Shown: positions 29,469 through 40,258 of the stretch, in pieces
Numbering within the stretch: position 1 is the first letter of the stretch
How the letters are laid out: every line of letters starts with the position of its first letter
Source of the DNA: an uncultured Solirubrobacterales bacterium
Lineage (GTDB): Bacteria > Actinomycetota > Thermoleophilia > Solirubrobacterales > Solirubrobacteraceae
Assembly (NCBI GenBank): GCA_963749285.1
Contig: CAVVMD010000002.1
Span: 1,025,275 to 1,089,274 of the forward strand
DNA: 64,000 nt
Direction: 5' to 3'
Position numbers and translations under genes: made by a program
Notes under the pieces: generated by a model
Databases searched by the model: none
The model's input: only the letters and a program-made list of their open reading frames with translations
Told to the model about the DNA's origin: nothing

Positions 29469-30397
29469 ACCATCTGCTCTCGATCGAGGATCTCGACCGC
29501 GCGGCGATCGAGCGGATCGTCACCCAGGCGGCGCGGTTCGCCGAGGTGTCAGACCGCGAGATCAAGAAGGTCCCGGCGCTGCGTGGGCGGATGGTGCTGA
29601 ATCTGTTCTACGAGGCTTCGACCCGGACACGAAGCTCGTTCGAGCTGGCCGCCAAGCGGTTGTCCGCGGATGTCGTCAACTTCGCGGTCAACGGCTCCAG
29701 CGTCGAGAAGGGCGAGTCGCTGAAGGACACCGTTCTGACCCTCAGCGCGCACAAGCCCGACGCGATCGTGCTGCGCACCCCGTGGGCGGGCGCCGCCGAG
29801 CTCGTCTCCCGCTGGTGCAGCGCGGCGATCGTCAACGCCGGCGACGGCAAGCACGAGCATCCCACGCAGGCGCTGCTCGACGTCTACACGCTGCGCGAGC
29901 GTCTCGGTGGGATCGACGGCGCGTCGATCTGGATCGTGGGCGACGTCGCCCACTCGCGCGTGGCGCGCTCGAACATCATCGCGTTTCAGCGCATGGGCGC
30001 TCACGTCACGGTCGCCGGTCCGCCGACGCTGATCCCGCGCGGGATCGAGGCGCTGGGCTGCGAGGTGCGCTACACCCTCGATGATCTCGGCTCGGCCGAC
30101 GTCGTGTACGCGCTGCGCATGCAACACGAGCGTATGAGCGAGCAGTGGGTGCCATCGCTGCGCGAGTACGCGGCCTGGTATCAGATCAACGGCCGCCGTC
30201 TGCATCCGCGCCAGGTGCTGATGCACCCCGGCCCGGTCAACCGCGGCGTCGAGCTCGCCGGCGAGGTGGTCGACTCTCCGCAGGCGCTCATCGCCGAGCA
30301 GGTGCAGGCCGGCGTGGTCGTGCGCATGGCCGTGCTGTATGAGCTGCTCGCGGGCGTGCACGTCCCGCGGCCCGTCCCCGAGCCCCAGCTCGCGTAG
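29465..30397 (+). CDS. pyrB: Aspartate carbamoyltransferase catalytic subunit
   Basis: FYEASTRT, NAGDG.HEHPTQ and MHPGP motifs. Confidence 0.97.
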   Translation: MNHLLSIEDLDRAAIERIVTQAARFAEVSDREIKKVPALRGRMVLNLFYEASTRTRSSFELAAKRLSADVVNFAVNGSSVEKGESLKDTVLTLSAHKPDAIVLRTPWAGAAELVSRWCSAAIVNAGDGKHEHPTQALLDVYTLRERLGGIDGASIWIVGDVAHSRVARSNIIAFQRMGAHVTVAGPPTLIPRGIEALGCEVRYTLDDLGSADVVYALRMQHERMSEQWVPSLREYAAWYQINGRRLHPRQVLMHPGPVNRGVELAGEVVDSPQALIAEQVQAGVVVRMAVLYELLAGVHVPRPVPEPQLA

Positions 30398-31740
30398 TGG
30401 CCGCCAACTCCCTCATCCACGGGCCGAGCACCCCGGCCGAGCTGCTGCTGGCAGACGTGCACGCCCTGGACCCCCGCGCCGATCTCGACGCGCGCTGTGA
30501 CGTGCTCGTGCGCGATGGACACATCGCCGAGCTCGGTGAGCCCGGCGCCATCGAGGGACCCGAGGGAATCGAGACGGTCGAGGGTGCGGGCCGGCATCTG
30601 CTGCCCGCATTCGTCGACCCGCACGTGCATCTGCGCACCCCTGGGCAGGAGCACAAGGAGGACCTGGAGACGGGTACCCGCGCGGCGGCGGCGGGGGGGT
30701 TCGGCGCGGTGATCGCGATGCCGAACACAGACCCCGTCATCGACTCTGCTCCGCTGCTGCGATCGCTACGCGACGCCGCCGCGCGCGAGGCGCGCGTCCC
30801 GGTCGGGTTTCTCGCGGCGATCACGCGCGGGCTGGCGGGGGAGGATCTGACCGAGATGGCCGAGCTGCGCGAGCAGGGCGCGCTCGGGTTCACCGACGAC
30901 GGCCGGCCCGTGTCGAGCGCCGGGACGCTGCGCAAGGCGCTGCAGTACCAGCGCCTGTGCGGCGGTGTCATCAGCCTGCACGAGGAGGACCCGACGCTGT
31001 CGCACGGGGGCTCGATGTGCGAGGGGTCAGTCAGCGCGGCGCTCGGCATCGGCGGGATCCCGACGGTCAGCGAGTCCACGATGGTCGCGCGCGACGCTGA
31101 GCTGGCGGTGTACGAGTCCGCGCGTGTCCACTTCCAGCACCTCAGTTGCGCGGCGTCGGTGCAGGCGCTCGCGCACGCCCGATCCGCCGGTGCTCGCGTC
31201 AGCGCCGAGGTCACGCCCCATCATCTGCTGCTCACCGACGAGTCCGTCCGTGGCCTGGACACGCGCATGAAGATGAACCCACCGCTCGCCGGCGAGTCCG
31301 ACCGCCAGGCGCTGATCGCGGGTCTGCGCGAGGGCACGATCGACTGCGTCGCCACCGACCACGCTCCCCACGCGCGCGAGGAGAAGGAAGTCCCGTTCGA
31401 GCAGGCCCCTATGGGCACGACCGGCCTCGAGACCGCGTTCGCCGCGCTGTACACCGGCCTGGTCCTCACGGGCGAGCTGCCGCTGGGACTGCTCGTGCAG
31501 CGGATGACCGCGGGCGCGGCCCTGTTCGGACTCCCGACCCCCACGATCGCCACGGGCGAGCCGGCCAACCTGACGCTCGTGGATCTCGACGCCGAGTACC
31601 TGGCGGGCGAGCGCGGCTGGGAGAGTCGCTCGGAGAACTGCTGCTTCGCCGGGCGACCACTGCACGGGCGCGTGCTGCTGACCCTGGCAGCCGGCGCGGT
31701 TGTGTATCGAGAGCGCGTGTTCTCGGTGGTGGCCGCATGA
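30397..31740 (+). CDS. pyrC: Dihydroorotase
   Basis: DPHVHLR, AMPNT, KMNPPL and ATDHAPH motifs. Confidence 0.97.
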   Translation: MAANSLIHGPSTPAELLLADVHALDPRADLDARCDVLVRDGHIAELGEPGAIEGPEGIETVEGAGRHLLPAFVDPHVHLRTPGQEHKEDLETGTRAAAAGGFGAVIAMPNTDPVIDSAPLLRSLRDAAAREARVPVGFLAAITRGLAGEDLTEMAELREQGALGFTDDGRPVSSAGTLRKALQYQRLCGGVISLHEEDPTLSHGGSMCEGSVSAALGIGGIPTVSESTMVARDAELAVYESARVHFQHLSCAASVQALAHARSAGARVSAEVTPHHLLLTDESVRGLDTRMKMNPPLAGESDRQALIAGLREGTIDCVATDHAPHAREEKEVPFEQAPMGTTGLETAFAALYTGLVLTGELPLGLLVQRMTAGAALFGLPTPTIATGEPANLTLVDLDAEYLAGERGWESRSENCCFAGRPLHGRVLLTLAAGAVVYRERVFSVVAA

Positions 31741-31861
31741 CCCAATGTCCAGAACGCGGCGATCGAATGCGGGGCCGGACGCCCCGCGCCCACGACCCGC
31801 TTGTCCAACTCACCCGCGCGGATGCGACCCACCCAAACACCCTCGCTTACGCCTCCCACGG

Positions 31862-31903
31862 GCGTGCATGCACGCGGGACCGACCACGCGCGCGTGATCG
31901 GTC
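31862..31903. repeat. Two adjacent loopless palindromes
   Basis: GCGTGCA|TGCACGC 31862-31875; GACCGACCACGCG|CGCGTGATCGGTC 31878-31903 (one mismatch). Confidence 0.8.
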
Positions 31904-31921
31904 GGACGGGAGACGCGAGCG

Positions 31922-32446
31922 ATGAGTCTGCTCGACCGCGACCGTACTGCCCTCGTCGTCGTGGACGTGCAGGAGGGGTTCAGGTCCTACGGCTCGTTCG
32001 CCGGTGTCGCCGACGCCGCTCGCAAGCTCGTGCAGGCCGCGCGCATCCTCGAGCTGCCGAGCATCGTCAGCGAGCAGTACCCGCGTGGTCTTGGCCATAC
32101 CGCACCCGAGGTCGGGTTGCAGGAGGAGCGGCCGATCGAGAAGACCGTGTTCTCCGCAGCCCGCGCGGACGGGTTCGATCTGGGCGGATGCTCACAGGCG
32201 ATCGTGTGCGGGATCGAGACGCACGTGTGCGTCAGCCAGACGGTCCATGACCTGCTCGGCCAGGGCGTCGAGGTGCATGTGCCCGCGGACGCGGTCGGCT
32301 CGCGGCATCGGATCGACTACGAGCGTGGCCTCGAGCGATTGGAGCGCGCGGGCGCCGTGGTCAGCACGGTCGAGGCGGCGCTGTTCGAGCTGCTGGAGCG
32401 CGCCGGCACGCCCGAGTTCAAGGCCGTCCAGAAGCTGATTCTTTGA
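31922..32446 (+). CDS. Isochorismatase-family cysteine hydrolase
   Basis: VVVDVQ, EQYP.GLG.T, EK..FS and CGIETHVCV motifs. Confidence 0.92.
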   Translation: MSLLDRDRTALVVVDVQEGFRSYGSFAGVADAARKLVQAARILELPSIVSEQYPRGLGHTAPEVGLQEERPIEKTVFSAARADGFDLGGCSQAIVCGIETHVCVSQTVHDLLGQGVEVHVPADAVGSRHRIDYERGLERLERAGAVVSTVEAALFELLERAGTPEFKAVQKLIL

Positions 32447-33579
32447 TGAAAACCGGGACAGCCTACGTGCTGCTGGAGGACGGCACGCGCTACGACGGGA
32501 TCGCCTGCGGCGCCGACGGACACGCCGTCGGTGAGATCGTGTTCACGACCGGCATGTCTGGTTACCAGGAGTCGATGAGCGACCCGTCGTTCGCGGGTCA
32601 GCTGATCGCGTTCACCTATCCGCACATCGGCAACTACGGGGTCAGCGCGCAGGCGATGGAGTCCGAGCGGCCCTGGGCGCGCGCGGCGATCATGCGCGAG
32701 GCGTGCGATCGCGAGGATGCTCCGGGCGCGGAGGGGGGTTGGCTGCAGTGGCTCGCAGACTGCGGCGTCCCGGCGATCAGCGGCGTCGATACGCGTGCGC
32801 TGGTCATTCATATCCGCGACCGTGGCGCGATGCGCGGGGGGGTGTTTGGGGCATCAACCCCTGAATCGCAAGCCCGTGAGCTGATCGAGTCAGAGCCGCC
32901 GATAGCGGGCCGGGACCTCGCGGCGGCGGTGACCCCGAGCGCTGTCAGCCGCCACGGCGAGACGAACGGCGGGCCGCACATCGCCGTGCTCGACACCGGC
33001 ATCAAGGCGTCGATGGTGCGCGAGCTGGTGCAGCGCGGCGCGCGCGTGACGTTGCACCCGTGCACGAGCACGCCCACGGAGCTGCTCGCGGAGGATCCTG
33101 ACGCGGTGTTGCTCACCAATGGTCCCGGTGATCCGGCGGCGCTGGACTATGTCGTGCAGACCGTGCGCAAGGTCGTAGGGCGCAAGCCGGTGTGGGGCAT
33201 CTGCCTCGGCCACCAGCTGCTGTGCCGCGCCCTGGGCCTGCAGACGTTCAAGCTGCCCTTCGGTCACCACGGCGCGAACCATCCCGTCAAGGACCTGCAG
33301 ACGGGGCGCATCGAGATCACCTCCCAGAATCACGGTTTCGCGGTGCTCGGGCCGAGCGGAGCGCGCACCATCGAGAGCTCGCGGCCGGTGCGCTGGCACA
33401 CGGACTTCGGCGCGGCGCAACTGTCGCACGTCAACCTGTACGACCGCACGGTCGAGGGCTTCGAACTGCTCGACGTGCCGGGCGGGGCGGTGCAGTACCA
33501 CCCCGAGGCGGGCCCCGGCCCGCACGACAGCCTGTATCTGTTCGATCGCTTCCTGGAGCGGATCGTGGAGGCTGGGTAG
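32446..33579 (+). CDS. carA: Carbamoyl-phosphate synthase small subunit
   Basis: FTTGMSGYQE, NGPGDP, GICLGHQ and QYHPEAGPGPHD; TGATG overlap. Confidence 0.97.
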   Translation: MKTGTAYVLLEDGTRYDGIACGADGHAVGEIVFTTGMSGYQESMSDPSFAGQLIAFTYPHIGNYGVSAQAMESERPWARAAIMREACDREDAPGAEGGWLQWLADCGVPAISGVDTRALVIHIRDRGAMRGGVFGASTPESQARELIESEPPIAGRDLAAAVTPSAVSRHGETNGGPHIAVLDTGIKASMVRELVQRGARVTLHPCTSTPTELLAEDPDAVLLTNGPGDPAALDYVVQTVRKVVGRKPVWGICLGHQLLCRALGLQTFKLPFGHHGANHPVKDLQTGRIEITSQNHGFAVLGPSGARTIESSRPVRWHTDFGAAQLSHVNLYDRTVEGFELLDVPGGAVQYHPEAGPGPHDSLYLFDRFLERIVEAG

Positions 33580-33714
33580 CGATATGGGAGGTGGATTTTT
33601 TGGGGAAACCCGGGAGCTCACAGCTCCTACAACCGTCCCACCACCGGTTACCGCACCTGCTGACATTCCGGGAGCTGTTCATCACGGCTCGCCGGGCAGG
33701 GCACCGGCGCGCTG

Positions 33715-36700
33715 ATGCCCAGGCGCAGCGACATTCACAAGATCCTGATTCTCGGCTCGGGCCCGATCGTGATCGGGCAGGCCGCCGAGTTCGACTACTC
33801 CGGGGTGCAGGCATGCAAGGTGCTGCGCGAGGAGGGGTATGAGATCGTGCTCGTCAACTCCAACCCGGCGACGATCATGACCGACCCCGAGCTGGCCGAC
33901 GCTACGTACATCGAGCCGCTGCTGCCGGGTCCCGTGGCGCAGGTCATAGCGCGCGAGCGCCCCGACGCGCTGCTGCCGACGCTGGGCGGTCAGACCGCGC
34001 TGAACCTGGCGAAGGCGCTGCACGACGACGGCACGCTGGCCCGCTACGACGTGGAGCTGATCGGCGCGAACTACGAGGCGATCGCGTGCGCCGAGGACCG
34101 TGAGCTGTTCAAGCAGGCGATGCACCAGGCAGGACTGCGGATGCCCGCAAGCGGCACCGCGAGCGGCTGGGATGGAGGGCAGGTGAATCTCGAACTCGGG
34201 ATGAAGATCGCACGCAAGGTGATGCGCGACGTCGGCCTGCCCTGCATCGTCCGGCCAGCTTTCACGCTCGGCGGGCGCGGCGGCGGGATCGCGCGCAGCG
34301 AGGAGGAGTTCGAGCGGATCGCCGCGCAGGGGCTGGAGGCCTCGCCGATCGGCCAGATCCTGATTGACGAATCGGTCATCGGCTGGGGCGAGTTTGAGCT
34401 GGAGGTGATGCGCGACAACGCCGACAACGTCGTGATCGTGTGCTCGATCGAGAACGTCGATCCGATGGGCGTGCACACCGGCGATTCGGTCACGGTCGCG
34501 CCCCAGCAGACGCTCACCGACAGGCTGTATCAGCGATTGCGCGACCAGGCGATCGCCGTGATCCGCGCGGTCGGTGTGGAGACGGGCGGCTCGAACGTGC
34601 AGTTCGCGGTCAATCCCCAGACCGAGGAGATCCTCGTGATCGAGATGAACCCGCGCGTGTCGCGCAGCTCGGCGCTCGCCTCGAAGGCGACCGGGTTCCC
34701 GATCGCCAAGATTGCCGCTCGCCTGGCGGTCGGATACCGGCTGGAGGAGATCGATAACGACATCACCGGCGTGACCCCGGCGTGCTACGAGCCGACGATC
34801 GATTACGTCGTCGTGAAGTGGCCGCGGTTCGCGTTCGAGAAGTTTCCCGGCACCAGCTCGACGCTCACCACGCACATGAAGTCCGTCGGTGAGGCGATGG
34901 CGATCGGGCGCACGTTCGGGCAGGCGTTCGCCAAGGCGCTGCGCTCGCGCGAGCTGGACAAGCCCCCGTGCCTGGACGACGTTCCCGAGCAGGAGCTGCT
35001 GGACGGGTTGGAGATCCCCGGCCCGGATCGCTACGAGGCGATCCTCGAGCTGCTGCGGCGGGGGGCAGGCGTGGAGTCGATCCACGCGCGCACGTCGATC
35101 GACCCGTGGTTCCTGCGCGAGCTGCTCACGTTGGCCGCGGACCCGGACGCCCCGTTCGCGGGGGAGCGGGGGTTTCGCTCGGTGGACACATGCGCCGCGG
35201 AGTTCCCGGCGCGCACGCCGTACTACTACTCGGGCTGGGAGCGCCCCTCCTCCGGCGGTGCGCCCGTGCACGAGGTCGTGCGCGGCGAGCGTGAGTCGGT
35301 CGTGATCCTCGGCGCCGGGCCGAACCGGATCGGGCAGGGAATCGAGTTCGACTACTGCTGCGTGCACGCCGCGATGACGGTGCGCGAGTCGGGCCGCGAC
35401 GCGGTCATGATCAACTGCAACCCGGAGACCGTCTCGACCGACTACGACACGTCCGACCGGTTGTATTTCGAGCCGCTCACGCTCGAGGACGTGCTCAGCG
35501 TCGTGCAGGTCGAGCAGCCGCAGGGCGTCGTGGTGCAGTTCGGCGGGCAGACCCCACTGAAGCTCGCCGCCGGGCTGGCCGCCGCGGGCGTGCCGCTGCT
35601 GGGCACGAGCGTGGAGGCGATCGACCTGGCGGAGGACCGCGGGCGGTTCGGCGCGTTGCTGGCGGAGCTGGGCTACTCCGCTCCGCCGTACGCGACGGCC
35701 CGCTCGGTGGATGAAGCGCTGGCGCAGGCCGATGCGGTCGGCTATCCGCTGCTCGTGCGCCCGTCATACGTGCTGGGGGGCAGGGCGATGGAGATCGTCT
35801 ACTCGCGCGACGGACTCGCCGACTATCTCAGCCGCGAGCCTCCCCCGGACGCGGCCGGCGCCGAGGGGTCGCCGGGCTCGTCGTCCAAGCCGTCGATCTT
35901 CCTGGACCGGTTCCTGGAGAACGCCACGGAGGTCGACGTGGATGCGCTGTGCGACGGCACGGAGGTGTGGATCGGCGGGATCATGCAGCACGTCGAGGAG
36001 GCCGGGGTCCACTCCGGCGACAGCGCGTGCGTGCTGCCGCCACACTCGCTCGGCGAGGAGATGCTCGAGCAGATCCGTTCCGCCACGCGCGAGCTCGCGC
36101 TTGCGATCGGCGTCGTCGGGCTGCTGAACGTGCAGTACGCGGTGCACGCCGGCGAGCTGTATGTGATCGAGGCCAACCCGCGCGCGTCGCGCACGGTGCC
36201 GTTCGTGTCCAAGGCAGTCGGCGTGCCGCTGGCCAAGCTCGCGTGCCGGATCATGCTGGGCGAGCGGATCGCCGATCTCGACCTGCCCGCCGATCGCCAG
36301 GGGCTGGGGTATGGCGATCACGTGTCGGTCAAGGAGGCGGTGCTGCCGTTCGACCGCTTCGAGGGCTCCGACGCGGTGCTGGGGCCGGAGATGCGATCGA
36401 CCGGCGAGGTGATGGGGATCGCGCGTGATTTTCCGAGCGCGTTCGCCAAGGCCCAGGCGGCCGCGGGCGTGCCGCTGCCGAGCGGGGGCACGGCGTTCAT
36501 CACGGTCACCGACTCCGACAAGTCGGGCGCGTTCGCTGTCGCGCAGATCCTGCACGACAGCGGCTTTCAGATCGTCGCCACGCGCGGCACGGCGGAGGCG
36601 ATCGCGCGGATGGGCGTGCCCGTGCAGCGACTGAACAAGATCGGCGAGGGCTCCCCGCACGTGCTCGACTGGATCGAGCGCGGCGACGTCGACCTGGTCG

Positions 36701-36929
36701 TGAACACCCCCACGGGCTCGGGCGCGCGCACCGACGGCTGGGAGATCCGCCACGCCGCGGTCGCCCACGGCATTCCCTGCCTGACGACGTTGGCGGCGGG
36801 CGTGTCCGCAGCACGCGCGATCGCGCGCGCACGGGCCGACGGCGAGCCCGAGGTGCTGTGCCTGCAGGAGTTGCATGGCGTGGCCCGTCCCGGGACGTCC
36901 GGGCGGCGGATGGAGCCGGGGTCGCGTAG
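33715..36929 (+). CDS. carB: Carbamoyl-phosphate synthase large subunit; 3' end uncertain (frameshift or read-through)
   Basis: [17 protein letters not shown], two ATP-grasp domains, MGS domain ending LQELH at 36876; the only nearby stop (TAG 36927-36929) is in the -1 frame. Confidence 0.92.
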
Positions 36930-37759
36930 GTGCGCCGCCACCACCGAACGCACCCTCGCGTCGCCGCATCGGCGGCTGCTGCGAGTGAGCGCCAACGAGC
37001 CGCTGGGGGCGTATCGCGTGCTGCGGGTCTGCAGACCCCGACGGGCCGATGCCGGACCCGGGGCAGTTCGCGATGCTCGCCGCCGCGGAGCGCTGGGGCG
37101 GGGGAGAGGACGAGCGCCCGTACCTGGCCCGCGCGTTCTCGCTCGCGCGGATGGCGGACGGCGAGGCGCACTACCTGCTGGAGGACGTCGGGCCGGGCAC
37201 ACGCCGGCTGTGCGAGCTGCAGGCGGGGGAGGGGCTGCTGGTCCTGGGGCCGCTCGGCCGGGGATTCACGGCGCCGCACGAGGATCGCCGCGCGCTGCTG
37301 ATCGGCGGCGGCGTCGGGATCGCGCCGCTGGCGATCCTGCAGGACACGCTGACATCCGAGGACATCGCGAGCACCGTGCTGCTCGGGTTTCGCGACCGCG
37401 CCCATGCCGCGGGCGCACAGCTGCTGAGCCAGGCGACAATCGCCACCGACGACGGCTCGGTCGGCCACGCCGGGCTCGTCACCGAGCTGCTGGCGTCAGA
37501 GCTCGATCGGGATGGGCACACGGTCGTGTACGCCTGCGGGCCCGCGCCGATGCTGGAGGCCGTTCGGGCCATGTGCGCGGCCCGCGAGGTGCCCGCGCAG
37601 CTCGCGCTGGAGGCCGGCATGGCGTGCGGGTTCGGGGCTTGCTATGGCTGTGCGGTGCCCAAGCGCGGGGGCGGATATCTGCGCGTGTGCGTGGACGGGC
37701 CCGTGATCGACGCGGCCGAGCTGGAGCGGGTGGACGAGTATGCGGGGGCGCCGGCGTGA
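36930..37759 (+). CDS. pyrK: Dihydroorotate dehydrogenase electron transfer subunit, frameshifted near 37030
   Basis: [31 protein letters not shown] and [11 protein letters not shown]...C; N-terminal segment ([20 protein letters not shown]) is in the carB frame. Confidence 0.85.
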
Positions 37760-38720
37760 GCCCTGTCGAATTCTGTGACATGACGCTCGCCCATCCGATC
37801 GTCAATGGATCGGGAACGTTCGACGCGATCGCGGCGTACCGCGCGTTTGGCGAGGCCCTGAACGAAGGGTTCCCGTTCGCGGCGTTCATATCCAAGACGA
37901 TCACGTTGCGTCCGCGCGCGGGCAACCCGCCGCCGCGCCTGTGGGAGGCGCCGGCGGGCCTGATCAACTCGATCGGCCTGCCCAACCGCGGTCTGGACGG
38001 GTATCTGGCCGAGGATCTGCCCCAGCTGGCACGACTGCCCGTGCCGCTGATCACGAACGTGATGGGCTCAACCGCGGCCGAGATCGCACAGCTCGTGCAG
38101 GCATGCGACGCGCGCCAGGAGATCGCCGCGATCGAGCTGAACGTGTCCTGCCCAAACGTGCAGACGGGCCTGGACATCGGCGCCGATCCACGCCAGCTGG
38201 AAGAGGTCGTGCGCACGGTGCGTCCGAGCACGGGCAAGCCGTTGATCGTGAAGCTGACCCCGAACACCGCCGACGTGGCCGCGTGCGCGCGGGCGGCGCA
38301 GGAGGGTGGGGCAGACGCGGTGTCGCTGATCAACACGCTGCGGGCGATGGCGCTCACGCCCCGGACCGGTCAGACACCGGCCGGCGTGCTCATTGATGGG
38401 GGAGAGTCGGTCTCCGCAGGAGAGTCGATCCCCGCCAAGGCTCCGGCCATGCCTGATATCAACCCGGCGGGTGCTGGCTGGGCGGCGGCACGGGCGGACT
38501 GTCCGGGCCCGCGATCCGCACCGTGGCGCTCGCGCAGGTGGCCGCCGTGGCGGCGCGCGTGGAGATCCCCGTGATCGGCATGGGCGGGGTGCAGACCGCC
38601 GCGCACGCGCGGGATCTGCTCGACGTGGGCGCGACGCTCGTGGCGGTCGGGACGGAGAGCTTCCGCGACCCGCTCGTGGGAGCACGAATAGCGCGCGACC
38701 TGGCCTCTCGTCCGGCCTGA
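37756..38720 (+). CDS. pyrD: Dihydroorotate dehydrogenase 1B catalytic subunit with an insertion and a frameshift near 38375-38470
   Basis: [33 protein letters not shown] and LINT in one frame; GGLSGP, IGMGGV and VGT in the -1 frame. Confidence 0.88.
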
Positions 38721-38888
38721 GGGCCTACGGTCTGGCTGGACGGCCAATCTGGCGCTGGATAAAAACCCCTGCAAACGCCCCCTGTCACCGTCCAGAACCC
38801 TCGACATAGCTCGACCTCAGGTTGAGGTGCAGATGAATTCGACTGGTTTCCCTTGATCGTCGCTCGCCGGTGTGTAGACTCGCCGCCC

Positions 38889-39233
38889 ATGGCGACGGCG
38901 ACCGAATCTACGGGGCAAAAACATGTGATGGCACCCGAGCGGTCGCTGAACCAGCGCATGGACGCGCTCGCGCGAGCCAACCGCATTCGCACCAAGCGCG
39001 CCCAGCTCAAGCGCGACCTGAAGGCCGGTCGGCTCTCGATCCACGCGCTGCTGCTGAACCCGCCCGAGTACCTGGAGACCGCGAAGGTGTTCGACATGCT
39101 GCTGGCAGTCCCCAAGTACGGGCGCGTCAAGGTCAACAAGATCCTCGCCCACTGCCGCATCTCGCCGAGCAAGACGATCGGCGGCTTGTCAGAGCGCCAG
39201 CGCAGCGAGCTCGTATCGCTGCTACGCCGTTAG
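38889..39233 (+). CDS. mihF: Actinobacterial integration host factor (mIHF/sIHF)
   Basis: ALARANRIRTKRAQLKRDLK, VPKYGRVKVNKIL and IGGLSERQR; position before gmk. Confidence 0.92.
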   Translation: MATATESTGQKHVMAPERSLNQRMDALARANRIRTKRAQLKRDLKAGRLSIHALLLNPPEYLETAKVFDMLLAVPKYGRVKVNKILAHCRISPSKTIGGLSERQRSELVSLLRR

Positions 39234-39295
39234 CGCCCTGCATCTTCGGCAAGCTCGGGGCGAGCTCCGCCGACCTCGCGATTAGTGTCCCGGCC

Positions 39296-39850
39296 GTGGC
39301 GCGCGTGTTCGTCATCACGGGACCCTCGGGGGTCGGCAAGGGGACGCTCATCAGGGGTCTGATGGAGCGATTGCCGCAGCTGCAGCTGTCGGTTTCCGCT
39401 ACCACGCGTGCGCCAAGACCGGGCGAGCAGGACGGCGTCGAGTACCACTTCCTCACGCGCGAGGAGTTCGATCGCAAAGTGGCCGCGGGCGAGTTCGTCG
39501 AGCACGCCGACTACGCCGGGCGCAGCTACGGGACGCTGCGTGACGAGCTCGAGGATCGCGTGCGCGCGGGCGTGCCGGTCGTGTTGGAGATCGAGGTGCA
39601 GGGCGCCAGGCAGGTGCGCGCCGCGATGCCCGACGCCGTGCAGGTGTTCATCGCGCCGCCGTCGCTGGCGGCGCTGCACACGCGCCTGGTGGGGCGCGGG
39701 ACCGATGACGGAGCCGAGGTCGAGCGCCGGCTGCGAGTCGCCGAGGAGGAGCTCACCGCCCAGCCCGAGTTCGGTCACGTGGTGGTCAACGATCGTCTCG
39801 ACGATGCCCTGGAGCAGCTGACGGCGATCGTCGCCGCCGAGCTGGAGTGA
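39296..39850 (+). CDS. gmk: Guanylate kinase
   Basis: GPSGVGKG, SVSATTR.PRPGE.DG..Y.F. Confidence 0.97.
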   Translation: MARVFVITGPSGVGKGTLIRGLMERLPQLQLSVSATTRAPRPGEQDGVEYHFLTREEFDRKVAAGEFVEHADYAGRSYGTLRDELEDRVRAGVPVVLEIEVQGARQVRAAMPDAVQVFIAPPSLAALHTRLVGRGTDDGAEVERRLRVAEEELTAQPEFGHVVVNDRLDDALEQLTAIVAAELE

Positions 39851-39928
39851 GCCGGGCCGAGGCCGCGTGCGCGGCGTGATGCCGGTGCCCACTACACTCG
39901 AAGGCCAACCAGGAAAGGCCCACACCAA

Positions 39929-40156
39929 GTGATCTCCCCCCGCATCGACAGACTGCTGGACAACGTCGACTCCAACTACGCCAGCGTGCTCGTGGCCGCC
40001 AAGCGCGCGCGCCAGATCAACAGCTACTACCACAACCTCGGCGAGGGCACGTTCGACGAGTTCCCGCCTCCGATGGTGGAAACGGTCTCCAAGAACTACC
40101 TCACGATCGCCCTCGAGGAGGTAGCAGCAGGGAAGATCAAGTACCACTACCGCTGA
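39929..40156 (+). CDS. rpoZ: RNA polymerase omega subunit
   Basis: SNYASVLVAAKRARQI...IALEEV; stop TGA lies within the left end of the repeat element. Confidence 0.95.
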   Translation: MISPRIDRLLDNVDSNYASVLVAAKRARQINSYYHNLGEGTFDEFPPPMVETVSKNYLTIALEEVAAGKIKYHYR

Positions 40157-40258
40157 GACGGCCGTGGGCCTTCGCGGATGCGTTGTCCTCGGTCGCTCGC
40201 GTACGTAGTACGCCACGCTCTCTGCGTCCTCGCCTCGCTCGACCCACGACCGTCTCAG
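40153..40258 (+). mobile_element. 106-bp MITE/REP-like element, copy 1
   Basis: Terminal inverted repeats CTGAGACGG/CCGTCTCAG; central hairpin GCGTAC-GTA-GTACGC. Confidence 0.85.

Noticed and set aside
33580-33714. Short GGAGCT/AGCTCC hairpin and repeats between carA and carB as a second PyrR site
   Set aside because: Lacks the CUUUAA and UCCNGNGAGG consensus; too weak to call
33715-38574. 1619-aa ORF as a single giant protein
   Set aside because: It is carB + PyrK N-terminus + an off-frame GC-rich stretch + the PyrD N-terminal part, joined by frameshifts; the middle has no protein-like composition
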